NCBI GenBank assembly: GCA_026391215.1
Contig: JAPLDX010000090.1
Location: 1-64,000, forward strand
Length of the DNA stretch: 64,000 nucleotides
Direction of reading: 5' to 3'
Origin: Bacteroidia bacterium
GTDB lineage: Bacteria > Bacteroidota > Bacteroidia > Bacteroidales > VadinHA17
A program made the translations under genes and the position numbers. The stretch's first letter is position 1; the number at the start of each line of letters is the position of its first letter. Under the pieces are notes generated by a model. That model searched no databases, was not told the origin of the DNA, and was given only the letters and a program-made list of their open reading frames with translations. Positions 31,682 to 41,637 of the stretch are shown here, piece by piece.

Positions 31682-33055
31682 ATGAAAAGAAGAAAATTTA
31701 TTGCGAATACCGCAGCTGCTGCAGCTGGTACTATAATAATGCCGACGATTATCCCTTCATCAGTCATCGGTAACAATCCGCCGAGCGATAAGATCAATAT
31801 TGGCTGGATAGGCAACGGCAGACAGGGAAGAGGTGACATTATGGGAACTATGAGGTTTGATTCAGCCATGGTAGTCGCTGTTTCTGATGTGGATTCAAAC
31901 AGAATGGCTCTCGGTAAAAAAATGGTTGAAGATTTTTATGCCAAAAAAACAGGCCAGGCAGGATACGTGGATGTTAAAAGCCATGCGGATTATCATACTT
32001 TGCTGGCCGATAAAGATATTGATGCCGTTATGATCACAACACCTGATCACTGGCATTCGCAGCCTGCTCTTGAAGCAGCGCTCGCAAGCAAGGATATCTA
32101 TCTCGAAAAGCCCACTTCACTTACCATTGCTGAAGGCAGAGTGCTGAGCGATGTGGTAAGACGTCAGAAGGTTATCCTTCAGGTCGGGACTCAGCAGCGC
32201 TCAAGCACACAGTGGAGATATGCTGCCGAGCTGGTCAGAAACGGCAGGATAGGTAAACTCCATACTGTTAAAATAGGACTTCCCGGAGATCCGGCCGGAC
32301 CTGAAGCTGCCGAGATGCCGATCCCTGAAAACCTGAATTATGATATGTGGCTTGGATCAACACCCGAGGTCTATTATACTGAAATAAGGGTACATCCGCA
32401 AAAGGATTTTGATCGCCCGGGATGGCTCAGATGCGAGCAATTTGGAGCAGGGATGATAACAGGATGGGGACAGCATCATTTCGATTCAGCAGCCTGGGGT
32501 ATGGATACTGAATTAACAGGTCCAATTTCAATAGAAGCTGTAGCACAATTTCCGAAATCAGGTCTCTGGGATGTTCATGGCGATTTTATGTCAATAGCAG
32601 AATATAAAAACGGAATAACACAGCTGACAAGCGGAAACTATCCAAACGGAGTGAGGTATGAAGGTACTGATGGCTGGATTTTTGTTACACGCGGTAACTA
32701 CAGGGCAACCGACAGTGATCCTGTTTCACAGGAAAATAATACAAAAGCGCTTAATGCAAGCGATCTCAAGATCCTGTCTTCGGTGATCGGACCGAATGAA
32801 ATACATCTTTATGAAAGCGATTCACAGCAGGGCAACTGGCTTGATTGCATAAAATCAAGGAAAGAGCCCATCTCACCTGTTGAGATAGGGCACCGGGCAT
32901 GTTCAGTATGTCTTGTTACTCATATAGCAATGAAGCTTGGAAGAAAGCTCAACTGGGACCCTGATAAGGAGAAATTTGTGAATGACGATGAAGCGAACAG
33001 CATGCTTTCACGCCCTCAGAGAGCGCCTTACGGAACAAATTATGTAAAGATTTAA
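31682..33055 (+). CDS. Gfo/Idh/MocA family oxidoreductase, Tat-exported
   Basis: MKRRKF Tat motif, IGNGRQG, TPDHWH, EKP, QVGTQQRS, YDMWLG, WGQHHFD. Confidence 0.92.
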   Translation: MKRRKFIANTAAAAAGTIIMPTIIPSSVIGNNPPSDKINIGWIGNGRQGRGDIMGTMRFDSAMVVAVSDVDSNRMALGKKMVEDFYAKKTGQAGYVDVKSHADYHTLLADKDIDAVMITTPDHWHSQPALEAALASKDIYLEKPTSLTIAEGRVLSDVVRRQKVILQVGTQQRSSTQWRYAAELVRNGRIGKLHTVKIGLPGDPAGPEAAEMPIPENLNYDMWLGSTPEVYYTEIRVHPQKDFDRPGWLRCEQFGAGMITGWGQHHFDSAAWGMDTELTGPISIEAVAQFPKSGLWDVHGDFMSIAEYKNGITQLTSGNYPNGVRYEGTDGWIFVTRGNYRATDSDPVSQENNTKALNASDLKILSSVIGPNEIHLYESDSQQGNWLDCIKSRKEPISPVEIGHRACSVCLVTHIAMKLGRKLNWDPDKEKFVNDDEANSMLSRPQRAPYGTNYVKI

Positions 33056-33065
33056 TACTCCTGTC

Positions 33066-33971
33066 ATGAGAAGAATTTTGATTTATGCCTCGTTTATGCT
33101 TGCAGGCGCAGTAATGACTTTACCCGGGAAAGGAGCAAAGATAGAAGCTGTTAAAGTCGGTTCAAAGATCAATGTTACAATTGATGGCAAGTTTTTTACC
33201 AGCTACATCTTTTCGGAAGATGAGAAATATCCTTTCTTCTATCCTGTAAATGGACCTGTATCAGGAGGATCAGTTACTTCGATGAGAAATGCAGTTTATC
33301 CTCATCACACCTCGCTTTTTTTTGGATGTGACCAGGTAAACGGCGGAAATTACTGGCAGGAGGGACTGGATAGAGGCCGGATAATCTCTGTAAATGCTCA
33401 GATACTGAAACAGGGAGGCGATTCAGTCGTAATAACTGATGAATGTATCTGGAGCCGCCCGGGAGCCTTATCACCTGTAAAAGATACCCGTGAATTCATT
33501 ATAACCGCCCCATCTGCAACAGTTACTCAGATAGATGTGGAGATAACCATGGAGATGCTTATAGATGTCCATATCCGCAAGACAAACCATTCTCTTTTCA
33601 GTGCAAGAATGGCAGCCGATCTTGCAGTGACCAGCGGGGGAACTATGATAAACGCTGAAGGAGCAAAAGGCGAAAAAGAAACATTCGGGAAAGGTTCTCC
33701 CTGGATTGACTTTTACGGGAAACGGGGCAATGCAGTCGAAGGACTGGCTATAATGCAGCACCCATCCAATCCATGGTATCCGTCACCCTGGTTTACACGT
33801 GATTACGGATTCATCTCACCAACACCTATGTACTGGCCTAAGGACGATGCGGAAACTTTCATGGAAAAAGGAACACAGCTTAAGCTGAGGTATCGTGTGC
33901 TTATTCATTCCGGAACTCATACTGATGCTGATATTGCAGGTCAGTTTGAGAAGTATAAAATCAGCAATTAA
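33066..33971 (+). CDS. DUF6807 / 'PmoA-family' secreted protein
   Basis: KYPFFYPVNGP, YPHHTSLFFG, VNGGNYW, HPSNP, WFTRDYG, LRYRVLIH. Confidence 0.78.
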   Translation: MRRILIYASFMLAGAVMTLPGKGAKIEAVKVGSKINVTIDGKFFTSYIFSEDEKYPFFYPVNGPVSGGSVTSMRNAVYPHHTSLFFGCDQVNGGNYWQEGLDRGRIISVNAQILKQGGDSVVITDECIWSRPGALSPVKDTREFIITAPSATVTQIDVEITMEMLIDVHIRKTNHSLFSARMAADLAVTSGGTMINAEGAKGEKETFGKGSPWIDFYGKRGNAVEGLAIMQHPSNPWYPSPWFTRDYGFISPTPMYWPKDDAETFMEKGTQLKLRYRVLIHSGTHTDADIAGQFEKYKISN

Positions 33972-34010
33972 AACACGAGCTCATCCTCCCGACTCCCTTA
34001 TTTTGTCTTC

Positions 34011-34131
34011 ATGTACTCACCCCCTTAATCCCCCTCTCTGCTAAAGCAAAGAGGGGGAAAATATTGATTTACAATAGCTTAAGCCCCCTGCCTTGCGCTA
34101 GCAGGGAAGGGGGTTGGGGGAAGGGTACATG
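34011..34131. repeat. REP-like nested palindromic element between convergent genes
   Basis: Outer arms ATGTACTCACCCCC...GGGGGAAGGGTACAT; inner hairpins CCCCCTCTCTGCTAAAGCAAAGAGGGGG and CCCCCTGCCTTGCGCTAGCAGGGAAGGGGG. Confidence 0.75.
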
Positions 34132-34165
34132 TAATTCAAGAAAGGTGTGAGTATATAAATGAAAT

Positions 34166-35521
34166 TTATTTCAAATACCTCTTTGCAAACTGGATGAAAT
34201 AAGGCCAGTTTGGTCCTGAGGTATGCCCGCCGGAATGCTGCCGGTATGCTATATCTCCATCAGTCAGCGTTGTTTCAAGAGGAGGATGCTCAGTGGTTCC
34301 CAAACCCTTTTTGCCAAGGAGTTCATAAACAGGACCGGCATATGCACCTGCCAGGAACATTCCTTTTCCATCAATCCAGGCATCTCCGTTTTCCGTGGAA
34401 CCTGAACCTATAAATACCGGACGAGGGGCACATAAAGCAACAAGTTCATGTGCGTCTAAAGGAAGATCGTTCTGTGTTAACGGATCTGCACCGTACTTAA
34501 TAAAATTACCTGCAAACCAGTGATACTCACCCGAAGCGGCAAGGTTTTCAATCTGCTCTCCGAAAATGCGACGATAAAGCTTTACTCCTCCCGCGCCTGA
34601 TGAACCTATAAATCCTATTGCGAACCTTTCATCATATGCCATTGTAACAATAGAAGCTTTACCATAGCGGGAAAGTCCTTCAATGCCAACTTTTTTCGCA
34701 TTCACATCCTTATCTGTTTCGAAGTAATCGAGAGCCATGGAAGCTCCCCATGCCCATGCTCTTAAAGCTCCCCAGTCATCAGGTTTGCGCCGTTCTCCTT
34801 TATTCACAAGTCCTATTATTCCGGCTGTAAGACCAGCTCCATTATCTGCCTGTACGCTTACCGGAATCAGAATTGCATAACCCCATCCGGCTTCCAGAAT
34901 CTGCTCCATCCACGTTGGCTCGGGTGGTCCTTGAGGGCGATTTGAAACCGGAGGCTTCCAACCGGCCGGAAAAACAAAACCGAATTCCATGATCACCGGG
35001 ACAGGACCTACAGCTCCTGCCGGAGTAGTAAGAGTGAGGTCAATGTTTACCACAATTGCCGGATATGCAGAGTTATCGACATGACCTGATAGCTTTTTAG
35101 TTACAACAGGTACGCTGCCGACACTATCCCTTGTAACATTCAGTACCTTCCAGGTCACTTCCGGTACATTATCCGGGACGCGACCGTAAAGCTCATTGTC
35201 AAACAATTCAATAAGTTCCGGGCGGCGTTTCTTCCACCATTCTTTTGCAGATTTAACACGTTTACCATTGTTCAGGATCAGCGGATCTGGCAGAGACGTA
35301 TATTGACCTGCCTTTGATTCGTCCATGTTAGCAGCATTAGGGGCAGTTGGATTTCCTGAAGGGCCGGGACGCACCGAGGTAATACCAATCTGATCCAGCA
35401 TATTCTTATAATCCTCCCGGGTGAGCTTATTTATACTATCCATGGCAGCCTTGGAAAACTGACCAGATGCAATGCATGCAAGAAGCAGGAATATTGAGAT
35501 AAATAAAAATAACTTTTTCAC
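34166..35521 (-). CDS. CE15-like glucuronoyl/4-O-methylglucuronoyl esterase
   Basis: WGALRAWAWGAS..LDY, GLSRYGK nucleophile motif (CE15 G-x-S-R-x-G-K), SGAGG, LPLDAHELVALCAPRPVF, HSGGH. Confidence 0.8.
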   Translation of the reverse strand: MKKLFLFISIFLLLACIASGQFSKAAMDSINKLTREDYKNMLDQIGITSVRPGPSGNPTAPNAANMDESKAGQYTSLPDPLILNNGKRVKSAKEWWKKRRPELIELFDNELYGRVPDNVPEVTWKVLNVTRDSVGSVPVVTKKLSGHVDNSAYPAIVVNIDLTLTTPAGAVGPVPVIMEFGFVFPAGWKPPVSNRPQGPPEPTWMEQILEAGWGYAILIPVSVQADNGAGLTAGIIGLVNKGERRKPDDWGALRAWAWGASMALDYFETDKDVNAKKVGIEGLSRYGKASIVTMAYDERFAIGFIGSSGAGGVKLYRRIFGEQIENLAASGEYHWFAGNFIKYGADPLTQNDLPLDAHELVALCAPRPVFIGSGSTENGDAWIDGKGMFLAGAYAGPVYELLGKKGLGTTEHPPLETTLTDGDIAYRQHSGGHTSGPNWPYFIQFAKRYLK

Positions 35522-35527
35522 GGAAAA

Positions 35528-37756
35528 TTATAGTAATGTCACAGTTTTCTTAAGAATCCTTGGCTCTTTCACTCCGGTTACAGCTTTTGGCTGACTGCCA
35601 CCGACAGTCAGTTCAAAAATGCCGGGATTTACTACCCTTTTATTCTGTTCATCGATAACCGAGAATGCATCAGGGGAAACTGAGAATGTGACAGTCTTGT
35701 TTTCACCGGGAAGCAGATTGATCCGCTTGAAACCTTTAAGGGCACGGATTGGCACAGGAACTGAAGAACCCAGGTTAGAGAGATAAAGCTGAACTACTTC
35801 ATCACCGGCTATTTTACCTGTATTCTTCACAGTCACAGTTACTGTTACTTCATCCCCGGATTTAATTTTTTTTGCCACCTTTAATTTGCTGTATCTGAAT
35901 GTAGTATAGCTGAGCCCAAAACCAAAGGGGTAGAGAGCTTCTCCCTTAAAATAACGATAGGTCCGGTTTTCCATCCTGTATTCGGTAAAATCAGGAAGAT
36001 CCTCCACTGATTTATAAACTGTTACAGGAAGTCGTCCGCCCGGATTATAATCTCCGAAGATCACATCAGCCAAAGCCTGACCTGCAGCCTGACCGCCGTA
36101 CCATGTCTCGATAATAACCGGGATATTATCATTTTCCCAGTTGACCGTAAGAGCACTGCCATTAAGCAGTACCAGCACAACCGGCTTGCCAAGGGCATGG
36201 ATCTCTTTAATGAGCGCCTGCTGCACATCAGGAAGATCTATCCGGGTGCGGTCGCCGCCCCTGAATCCATCGACGGTGACTTTCATTTCTTCTCCTTCGA
36301 GTCTCGGTGTTATTCCCATGCACATGATCACTATGTCAGCTTTTTTTGCAGTTTCCAGAGCTTCGGCTTTCATTTCTTCATCAGTTCTTTTCTCCGGCAA
36401 ACCTGCCACCCAGTTACAGCCCTGGGCATAAAGAACCTCAGATAATCCTTCAAGTTCTTCCCTGATCCCTCTTAAAGGCGTATATGGATCCGATGGAGTA
36501 CCGTTATAATTTCCCAGTAAAACAAATGACTGGTCAGAGTTGGGACCTATTACAGCAACTGTCCCGATATCTTTCTTTAACGGAAGCAGATTACCATGAT
36601 TTTTTAAAAGCACTATTGATTTAAGGGCAGTCTCTTTTGCAAGAGCTTTATTCTGTTCGCTGTCATTGACACTGTATGGTATCTGGGCATACTTTACCAT
36701 TTCAGGAGGATCGAACATGCCCAGTTTGAATCTTGCAGTGAAAAGTCTTTTAACAGAAACATCAACTTCCTGTTCTGTAATAAGTCCCTTATTCAGTGAT
36801 TCCTTCAGGCTCCTGTAAGCCGATCCGCATTCAAGATCCGTACCGGCGCGTACACTAATGGCTGATGCTTCTTCCGATGTAGCAACTACTTTATGAAACC
36901 TGTAGATATCATCAATAGCCCCGCAGTCAGAAACTATATATCCGTCAAATCCCCATTCATTGCGCAAAATACTTTTAATAAGCATGTCTCCGCCGCAGCA
37001 GGTCTCTCCATTGTACCTGTTATAGGCACACATCACAGAATAGGCTTTTCCTTCCTTTATACCCATCTCAAACTGCGGCAGATATGTCTCTCTCAGATCT
37101 CTTTCATCTGTCTTAGCATCAAATGAGTGTCTTTCAGGCTCCGGACCACTGTGAACTGCATAATGTTTGAGTGTTGCAATGGTTTTAAAGTATTTAGGAT
37201 CATCGCCCTGGAGTCCTTTTACAAATTGTACAGCAATTTTCCCTGTCAGGAACGGATCTTCACCATAGGTTTCCTGCCCTCTTCCCCAGCGTGGATCCCT
37301 GAAAAGATTAATATTAGGAGACCAGAACGTCAGACCCTGGTAAATCCTTCTGGAATTATTCCTTACAAATTCATGATGCTTGGCTCGGGCTTCATCTGAA
37401 ATAGCAGTGGCTACTCTGAATATCAGGTCCTCATCCCATGTAGCGCCCAGTCCAATTGCCTGGGGAAACACTGTTGCCACTCCTGCTCTTGCAACACCAT
37501 GGAGGCATTCATTCCACCAGTTATAAGCCGGGATGCCCAGTCTTTCTATTGCAGGCGCCGAGTTCATCATCTGGCCGATCTTTTCATCAACCGTCAATCT
37601 GCTAACCAGATCATTTACACGTACTTCTATCGACAAATCTGGATTCTGAAAAGGAAGCTCCCAGGTTTGCTGAGCTTTAGCAATCTGGCTGATACAAACC
37701 AGTATAAGCAGAGCTATAAGAACTCTCTTAAGGATCAATTTAATGTTTATCTTCAT
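35528..37756 (-). CDS. GH3 beta-xylosidase/beta-glucosidase
   Basis: WWNECLHGVA, WSPNINLFRDPRWGRGQETYGEDP, KHYAVH, YIVSDCGAI nucleophile, EGEE, FN3-like C-terminus. Confidence 0.93.
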   Translation of the reverse strand: MKINIKLILKRVLIALLILVCISQIAKAQQTWELPFQNPDLSIEVRVNDLVSRLTVDEKIGQMMNSAPAIERLGIPAYNWWNECLHGVARAGVATVFPQAIGLGATWDEDLIFRVATAISDEARAKHHEFVRNNSRRIYQGLTFWSPNINLFRDPRWGRGQETYGEDPFLTGKIAVQFVKGLQGDDPKYFKTIATLKHYAVHSGPEPERHSFDAKTDERDLRETYLPQFEMGIKEGKAYSVMCAYNRYNGETCCGGDMLIKSILRNEWGFDGYIVSDCGAIDDIYRFHKVVATSEEASAISVRAGTDLECGSAYRSLKESLNKGLITEQEVDVSVKRLFTARFKLGMFDPPEMVKYAQIPYSVNDSEQNKALAKETALKSIVLLKNHGNLLPLKKDIGTVAVIGPNSDQSFVLLGNYNGTPSDPYTPLRGIREELEGLSEVLYAQGCNWVAGLPEKRTDEEMKAEALETAKKADIVIMCMGITPRLEGEEMKVTVDGFRGGDRTRIDLPDVQQALIKEIHALGKPVVLVLLNGSALTVNWENDNIPVIIETWYGGQAAGQALADVIFGDYNPGGRLPVTVYKSVEDLPDFTEYRMENRTYRYFKGEALYPFGFGLSYTTFRYSKLKVAKKIKSGDEVTVTVTVKNTGKIAGDEVVQLYLSNLGSSVPVPIRALKGFKRINLLPGENKTVTFSVSPDAFSVIDEQNKRVVNPGIFELTVGGSQPKAVTGVKEPRILKKTVTLL

Positions 37757-37815
37757 GGCGATATTAATGAGGTTTTCTTATTTTTATACCGTTAAGCCGT
37801 TGAACCTTTGTGCCG

Positions 37816-38517
37816 TTATGCCTTGCTTCTCCTATAAATACAGTCTTTCATATCGCAAAGGCTGCAGGTATAAGGGTGTCTTTTTACATTCTTGCCTATA
37901 CCGATAATTCCGCTGATTGATTTCATCGGATACATCAGTGCTGAAGACGATAATTTTATTTCGCAAAAGTTATCCGTCAACAGCTGAAACAGTTTATGCT
38001 GTTCAGCAACAAGCCAGCCGCAGTATCCCGGGCTGAACCTGTTAGTGATCCCTTTACCCAGGGCGTTTATTTCTCTTTCAAGCTGGTCCTGCATAAGATC
38101 TGCAGCTGCCTCAACAGCCTCACTACCAACAACATCATAGATATAACCTCTCAGCAGATCCCCTTCCTTCATCGATTTCTTACTCCTGGCTCCGATCTCC
38201 TCTCCTGCCGTACATAAAAACAAAGCTGCTGAATCCGATTTCTTAATCTGGCTGTAAATGATCTTTTTTATTTGGAAGACCAGGCCGTTTATAGTCACAG
38301 TTTTTTCGGCTTCGTCAAATGCAATATCATCAAAAAACCTGTATTCTGCTTTCATTGTACAGATCTCCTCTGCTTCTTTCAGAACCTCTGAAACAAGTTC
38401 AGAAATAGTCTCCTGTGACTCTCCTTCCTTATAACCCATGACACTTTCAACCTGGGAAACAGCGAGTTTCAGATCCTTAAAGTCAAATTGAAAAGTTGAT
38501 CCGGTCATTAATTCCAT
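37816..38517 (-). CDS. Stand-alone B12-dependent methionine-synthase-type reactivation (SAM-binding) domain protein
   Basis: FLCTAG, GSEAVEAAAD, TNRFSPGYCGW, MYPMKSISGIIG; C-terminal CxxCxxxxC. Confidence 0.85.
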   Translation of the reverse strand: MELMTGSTFQFDFKDLKLAVSQVESVMGYKEGESQETISELVSEVLKEAEEICTMKAEYRFFDDIAFDEAEKTVTINGLVFQIKKIIYSQIKKSDSAALFLCTAGEEIGARSKKSMKEGDLLRGYIYDVVGSEAVEAAADLMQDQLEREINALGKGITNRFSPGYCGWLVAEQHKLFQLLTDNFCEIKLSSSALMYPMKSISGIIGIGKNVKRHPYTCSLCDMKDCIYRRSKA

Positions 38518-38523
38518 TATTCA

Positions 38524-38598
38524 TCACCCCCCATCCCCCCTGAAGGGGGGCTAAAATGTACTGCTAATTAAGCCCCATTTAGGGGGTTTGGGGGTCAG
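38524..38598. repeat. REP-like double-hairpin element overlapping the metVF stop codon
   Basis: CACCCCCCATCCCCCCTGAAGGGGGGCT, a spacer, then AGCCCCATTTAGGGGGTTTGGGGGTC; close to the 4646 and 45671 copies. Confidence 0.75.
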
Positions 38599-40030
38599 TT
38601 AATCCTGATTCTTTTACTATCCTTTCCACAACATCTTCCCAGCCCAGAGTCATAAGATGTATTCCATTTACTCCTTTCTTCCCTTTGAGTGATTCTATGA
38701 TTTCCAGCACTATCTGTATTCCTTCCTCTGCTGCTCCGTCTCCTGCCTTCTCCATACGCTTCAGAACATTCTCCGGTAAAAAGACTCCCGGAACTTTGTC
38801 ATGAAGGTATCTGGCCACATTATAACTTTTCAAAGGTGCGATGCCAACCAATATGAAGACCTTTTTAAGCACATCTCTTTTATCCAGCTCTTCCATCCAA
38901 TTGCTCAGCCTTGAAGGTTCAAAAATGATATTTGTCTGGAAGAACTGTGCGCCTGCATTGACTTTTTTATGATCTCTTATAGCTTGCAATTCAGGATCGG
39001 ATGCAAATGGCGATGTTGCTGCGCCAAGAAAATACATGGGAGGATATTTTATATTTCTTCCATCAAGATAAATACCTTCATCTCTCATTTTCCTCAGTAT
39101 CCATAGCATCTGGACAGAATCTATATCAAGAAGATTCATCTCTGCAGTTGGTGCCGGGCCAACTTTCGGGCTGTCGCCTGTTACGCACAGAATATTTTTC
39201 ACTCCGAACTGGCTGGAACCTATTACTGTGGACTGAAGCCCTATGCGGGTGGTATCGCGGGCAGCTATTTGCAGTACAGGTTCAACATGCAGGTCATTTG
39301 CCACCCTGCAGCATGCCAGGCTCGACATTTTAGGATTTGCTGAAGCAGCGTCAGTAAAATTAATAGCAGTTACATAAGGCCTTACAAGCTCAATATCCCT
39401 GATAAGTTTTCCTGAAGCTGCACCCAGCGGAGGTATTACCTCCGTGGCAACTATAAATTCACCGTTCCTTAATTTTGTTTCCAGATTTGAAGCAGGTTCC
39501 TGATAAGAGGCAGGATGAAAATCAGAATCCCCGGCCCACCATTCCGGCTGCCGGATAGTTTTGAAAACAGAATCCCAGGTCCTGTCGCTCTTTTCCTTGT
39601 CTCTTGATAAGTATCCACTCAGAAATGAAACAGTACCAACCTTTCTCACCTGGCGTATCACTTCTCCCCAGGTTTCAGTTCCGACCTTGTTATAGTCGAG
39701 AGGGGGTAATACCTCAAGAAGGGTTTCCTTGCGTCCTGTTTTCAGCGCTCTTTTATAAATGGCGTACCAGATGCAATCACGTGTCTCATCTACGTAACAT
39801 TTTTTTTCAGGTGTTACTCCTCCGCAGGGTCCGTTTCTCAATCCTTTAGGACACTCCATCGGACAGATCATGGCTGTCTCCTGCAAGAGGCAATTTCCGC
39901 ACATTCTGCAGCCAAAAACAGGTCCTTTGATAATTAGTTCTGTTTTGGCAAGGAGTCTTCGGCCGAATTTTTCCTTCTTAAAGGGATAAAAGGCAGGCTG
40001 CCATCTGCGGGAGGGTTTGATACCTGACAT
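38579..40030 (-). CDS. metF: Methylenetetrahydrofolate reductase, MetV-like Cys-rich domain fused N-terminally to MetF
   Basis: N-terminal CRMCGNC..ICPMECPKGLRNGPCGG...C...CIW (MetV-type); C-terminal EVIPP, INFTD, ARD, NILCVTGD, KKVNAGAQFFQT, GIHLM (MetF). Confidence 0.88.
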   Translation of the reverse strand: MSGIKPSRRWQPAFYPFKKEKFGRRLLAKTELIIKGPVFGCRMCGNCLLQETAMICPMECPKGLRNGPCGGVTPEKKCYVDETRDCIWYAIYKRALKTGRKETLLEVLPPLDYNKVGTETWGEVIRQVRKVGTVSFLSGYLSRDKEKSDRTWDSVFKTIRQPEWWAGDSDFHPASYQEPASNLETKLRNGEFIVATEVIPPLGAASGKLIRDIELVRPYVTAINFTDAASANPKMSSLACCRVANDLHVEPVLQIAARDTTRIGLQSTVIGSSQFGVKNILCVTGDSPKVGPAPTAEMNLLDIDSVQMLWILRKMRDEGIYLDGRNIKYPPMYFLGAATSPFASDPELQAIRDHKKVNAGAQFFQTNIIFEPSRLSNWMEELDKRDVLKKVFILVGIAPLKSYNVARYLHDKVPGVFLPENVLKRMEKAGDGAAEEGIQIVLEIIESLKGKKGVNGIHLMTLGWEDVVERIVKESGLTDPQTP

Positions 40031-40869
40031 TATTGCCGGCTCTGGAAATATTCAACAAATCTTACTGCATAGTCATCCCTCCCAAGGACCAGGTCTGTAG
40101 CACGTACCATAGCAGTTATTTTTTCGGGATTGGCGATGGGACATGTCAGCCCGTTATAGATTGACAGAGCCATATATGATGCATTCAATGTCTCCCTGTC
40201 GGGTAATCCGAAAGAAATATTGCTGGCGCCCTGGGTAATATTATGGCCCAGCTTCTGATGCACAAGCCTCATTGTTTCCAGGGTTACCATGCAGGCTTTC
40301 TGATCAGCGCTTACTGCCATAGCCAGAGGGTCAATAATAACATCCTCTGCTTTAATCCCGGCTTTTATAGCTCGTTCAATTATTTTTTCCGCAACTGCTA
40401 CTCTTTTTACCGGGTCATTCGTGATTCCTTCCTCGTCCATGCATAATCCTATAATTGCAGCACCATACTCCTTTGCTACCGGCAGAAGAGCTTTCATTGA
40501 AGCCTCTTCACCGTTTACTGAATTTATAAGACATTTGCCCTCTGCTGCTTTTAGAGCAGCCTCTATGGCTTTTGGATTCGGTGAATCCAGACACAGGGGA
40601 ACTTCAAATTTATCCTGAAGCCTTTTTACGGTTTCCGCAAGCAGCTTCACATCATCCACACCGGGAAATCCGACATTCACATCAAGCACATCAGCACCTG
40701 CTTTAATCTGACATTCTGCAAGTTCGAGAACATATTCAAAATTTCCTTCCAGGAGGGTGGAAACCAGCTTTTTCCTCCTGGTTGGATTTATGGATTCACC
40801 TATGATAATGACAGGGCCGCTGGTATCAATTATAACTTCCTTGTACCTCCCCTTAAGAATTGTTTTCAT
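40030..40869 (-). CDS. Pterin-binding methyltetrahydrofolate:corrinoid methyltransferase (AcsE/MT2-like)
   Basis: IIGESINPT, GADVLDVNVG, PLCLDS, LINSVNGE, IIDPL, GASNISFGLP.R. Confidence 0.9.
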   Translation of the reverse strand: MKTILKGRYKEVIIDTSGPVIIIGESINPTRRKKLVSTLLEGNFEYVLELAECQIKAGADVLDVNVGFPGVDDVKLLAETVKRLQDKFEVPLCLDSPNPKAIEAALKAAEGKCLINSVNGEEASMKALLPVAKEYGAAIIGLCMDEEGITNDPVKRVAVAEKIIERAIKAGIKAEDVIIDPLAMAVSADQKACMVTLETMRLVHQKLGHNITQGASNISFGLPDRETLNASYMALSIYNGLTCPIANPEKITAMVRATDLVLGRDDYAVRFVEYFQSRQ

Positions 40870-40885
40870 TTCGCGTATTTTCCAG

Positions 40886-41554
40886 CTAAGATACTATTTG
40901 GTTCAAATAATTTACTGCTCCCTGCGGGTCGGGAGAATAATAATCTGCTCCTATTTTTTCACAATATTCCTTAGTGACAGGTGCACCACCAACGAGAATT
41001 TTAATGCCGGATTTTTTTTCACGGATAGCCGTGACGGTTTTCTTCATGTTTTCCATGGTTGTGGTAAGCAAGGCTGAGAGACCTATTACTGCTCCGGGAT
41101 TTTCATCAATGGCTTTAATGAACTTATCTGTCCCTACATCCACTCCAAGGTCTATCACTTCCCATCCTCCTCCCTCGATCATCATAGCCACAAGGTTTTT
41201 ACCTATATCGTGCAGGTCACCTGCTACGGTACCGATAATAAATTTCCCTTTCCTCTTGGCTTCTCCTGACTGGAAAAATGGTTTAAGATGTTTCATAGCG
41301 CTGCTCATAGATTTAGCTGCCATTAACATCTGGGGCACATAAATTTCCTTCCTGCTGAATTTGTCCCCGACAATTGCCATTGCAGGAATCAACGCCTTTT
41401 CAAGAATATCACCAGGCTTCATTCCATCGTCGATGGCCTTCCTTGTCAGTTCATCGGCTCCATCCTGGCCTTTCATATCTGGTGGATAAGGAGATGCTTT
41501 ATCTATTTTACCAAATTCAACACAACTGGAAATCTTACTTAAAATATCATCCAT
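40886..41554 (-). CDS. Corrinoid (cobalamin-binding) methyl-carrier protein
   Basis: Cap domain (LIPAMAIVGDKF..EIYVPQML) and DLHDIGKNLV (DxHxxG), DLGVDV, LSALLTTT, VGGAPV. Confidence 0.93.
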   Translation of the reverse strand: MDDILSKISSCVEFGKIDKASPYPPDMKGQDGADELTRKAIDDGMKPGDILEKALIPAMAIVGDKFSRKEIYVPQMLMAAKSMSSAMKHLKPFFQSGEAKRKGKFIIGTVAGDLHDIGKNLVAMMIEGGGWEVIDLGVDVGTDKFIKAIDENPGAVIGLSALLTTTMENMKKTVTAIREKKSGIKILVGGAPVTKEYCEKIGADYYSPDPQGAVNYLNQIVS

Positions 41555-41637
41555 AGATTATCTGTATTTGAAAAAGACAAAATTATGATAATAGATCAGT
41601 GTTTACTTTGATTCTGTATCAAATTTAGTAATTAATT

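Noticed and set aside
25146-33971. 'PmoA' label read as particulate methane monooxygenase
   Set aside because: These are soluble secreted proteins in a glycan locus, with no pmoB/pmoC and no multi-TM topology.
40030-40869. Dihydropteroate synthase (folP)
   Set aside because: It shares the pterin-binding barrel, but the IIGESIN and SNISFGLP motifs and the adjacent corrinoid protein indicate a methyltransferase.
37816-41554. Wood-Ljungdahl (acetyl-CoA synthase) cluster
   Set aside because: No acsA/B/C/D, fhs or folD in the window; only the methyl-transfer components are present.
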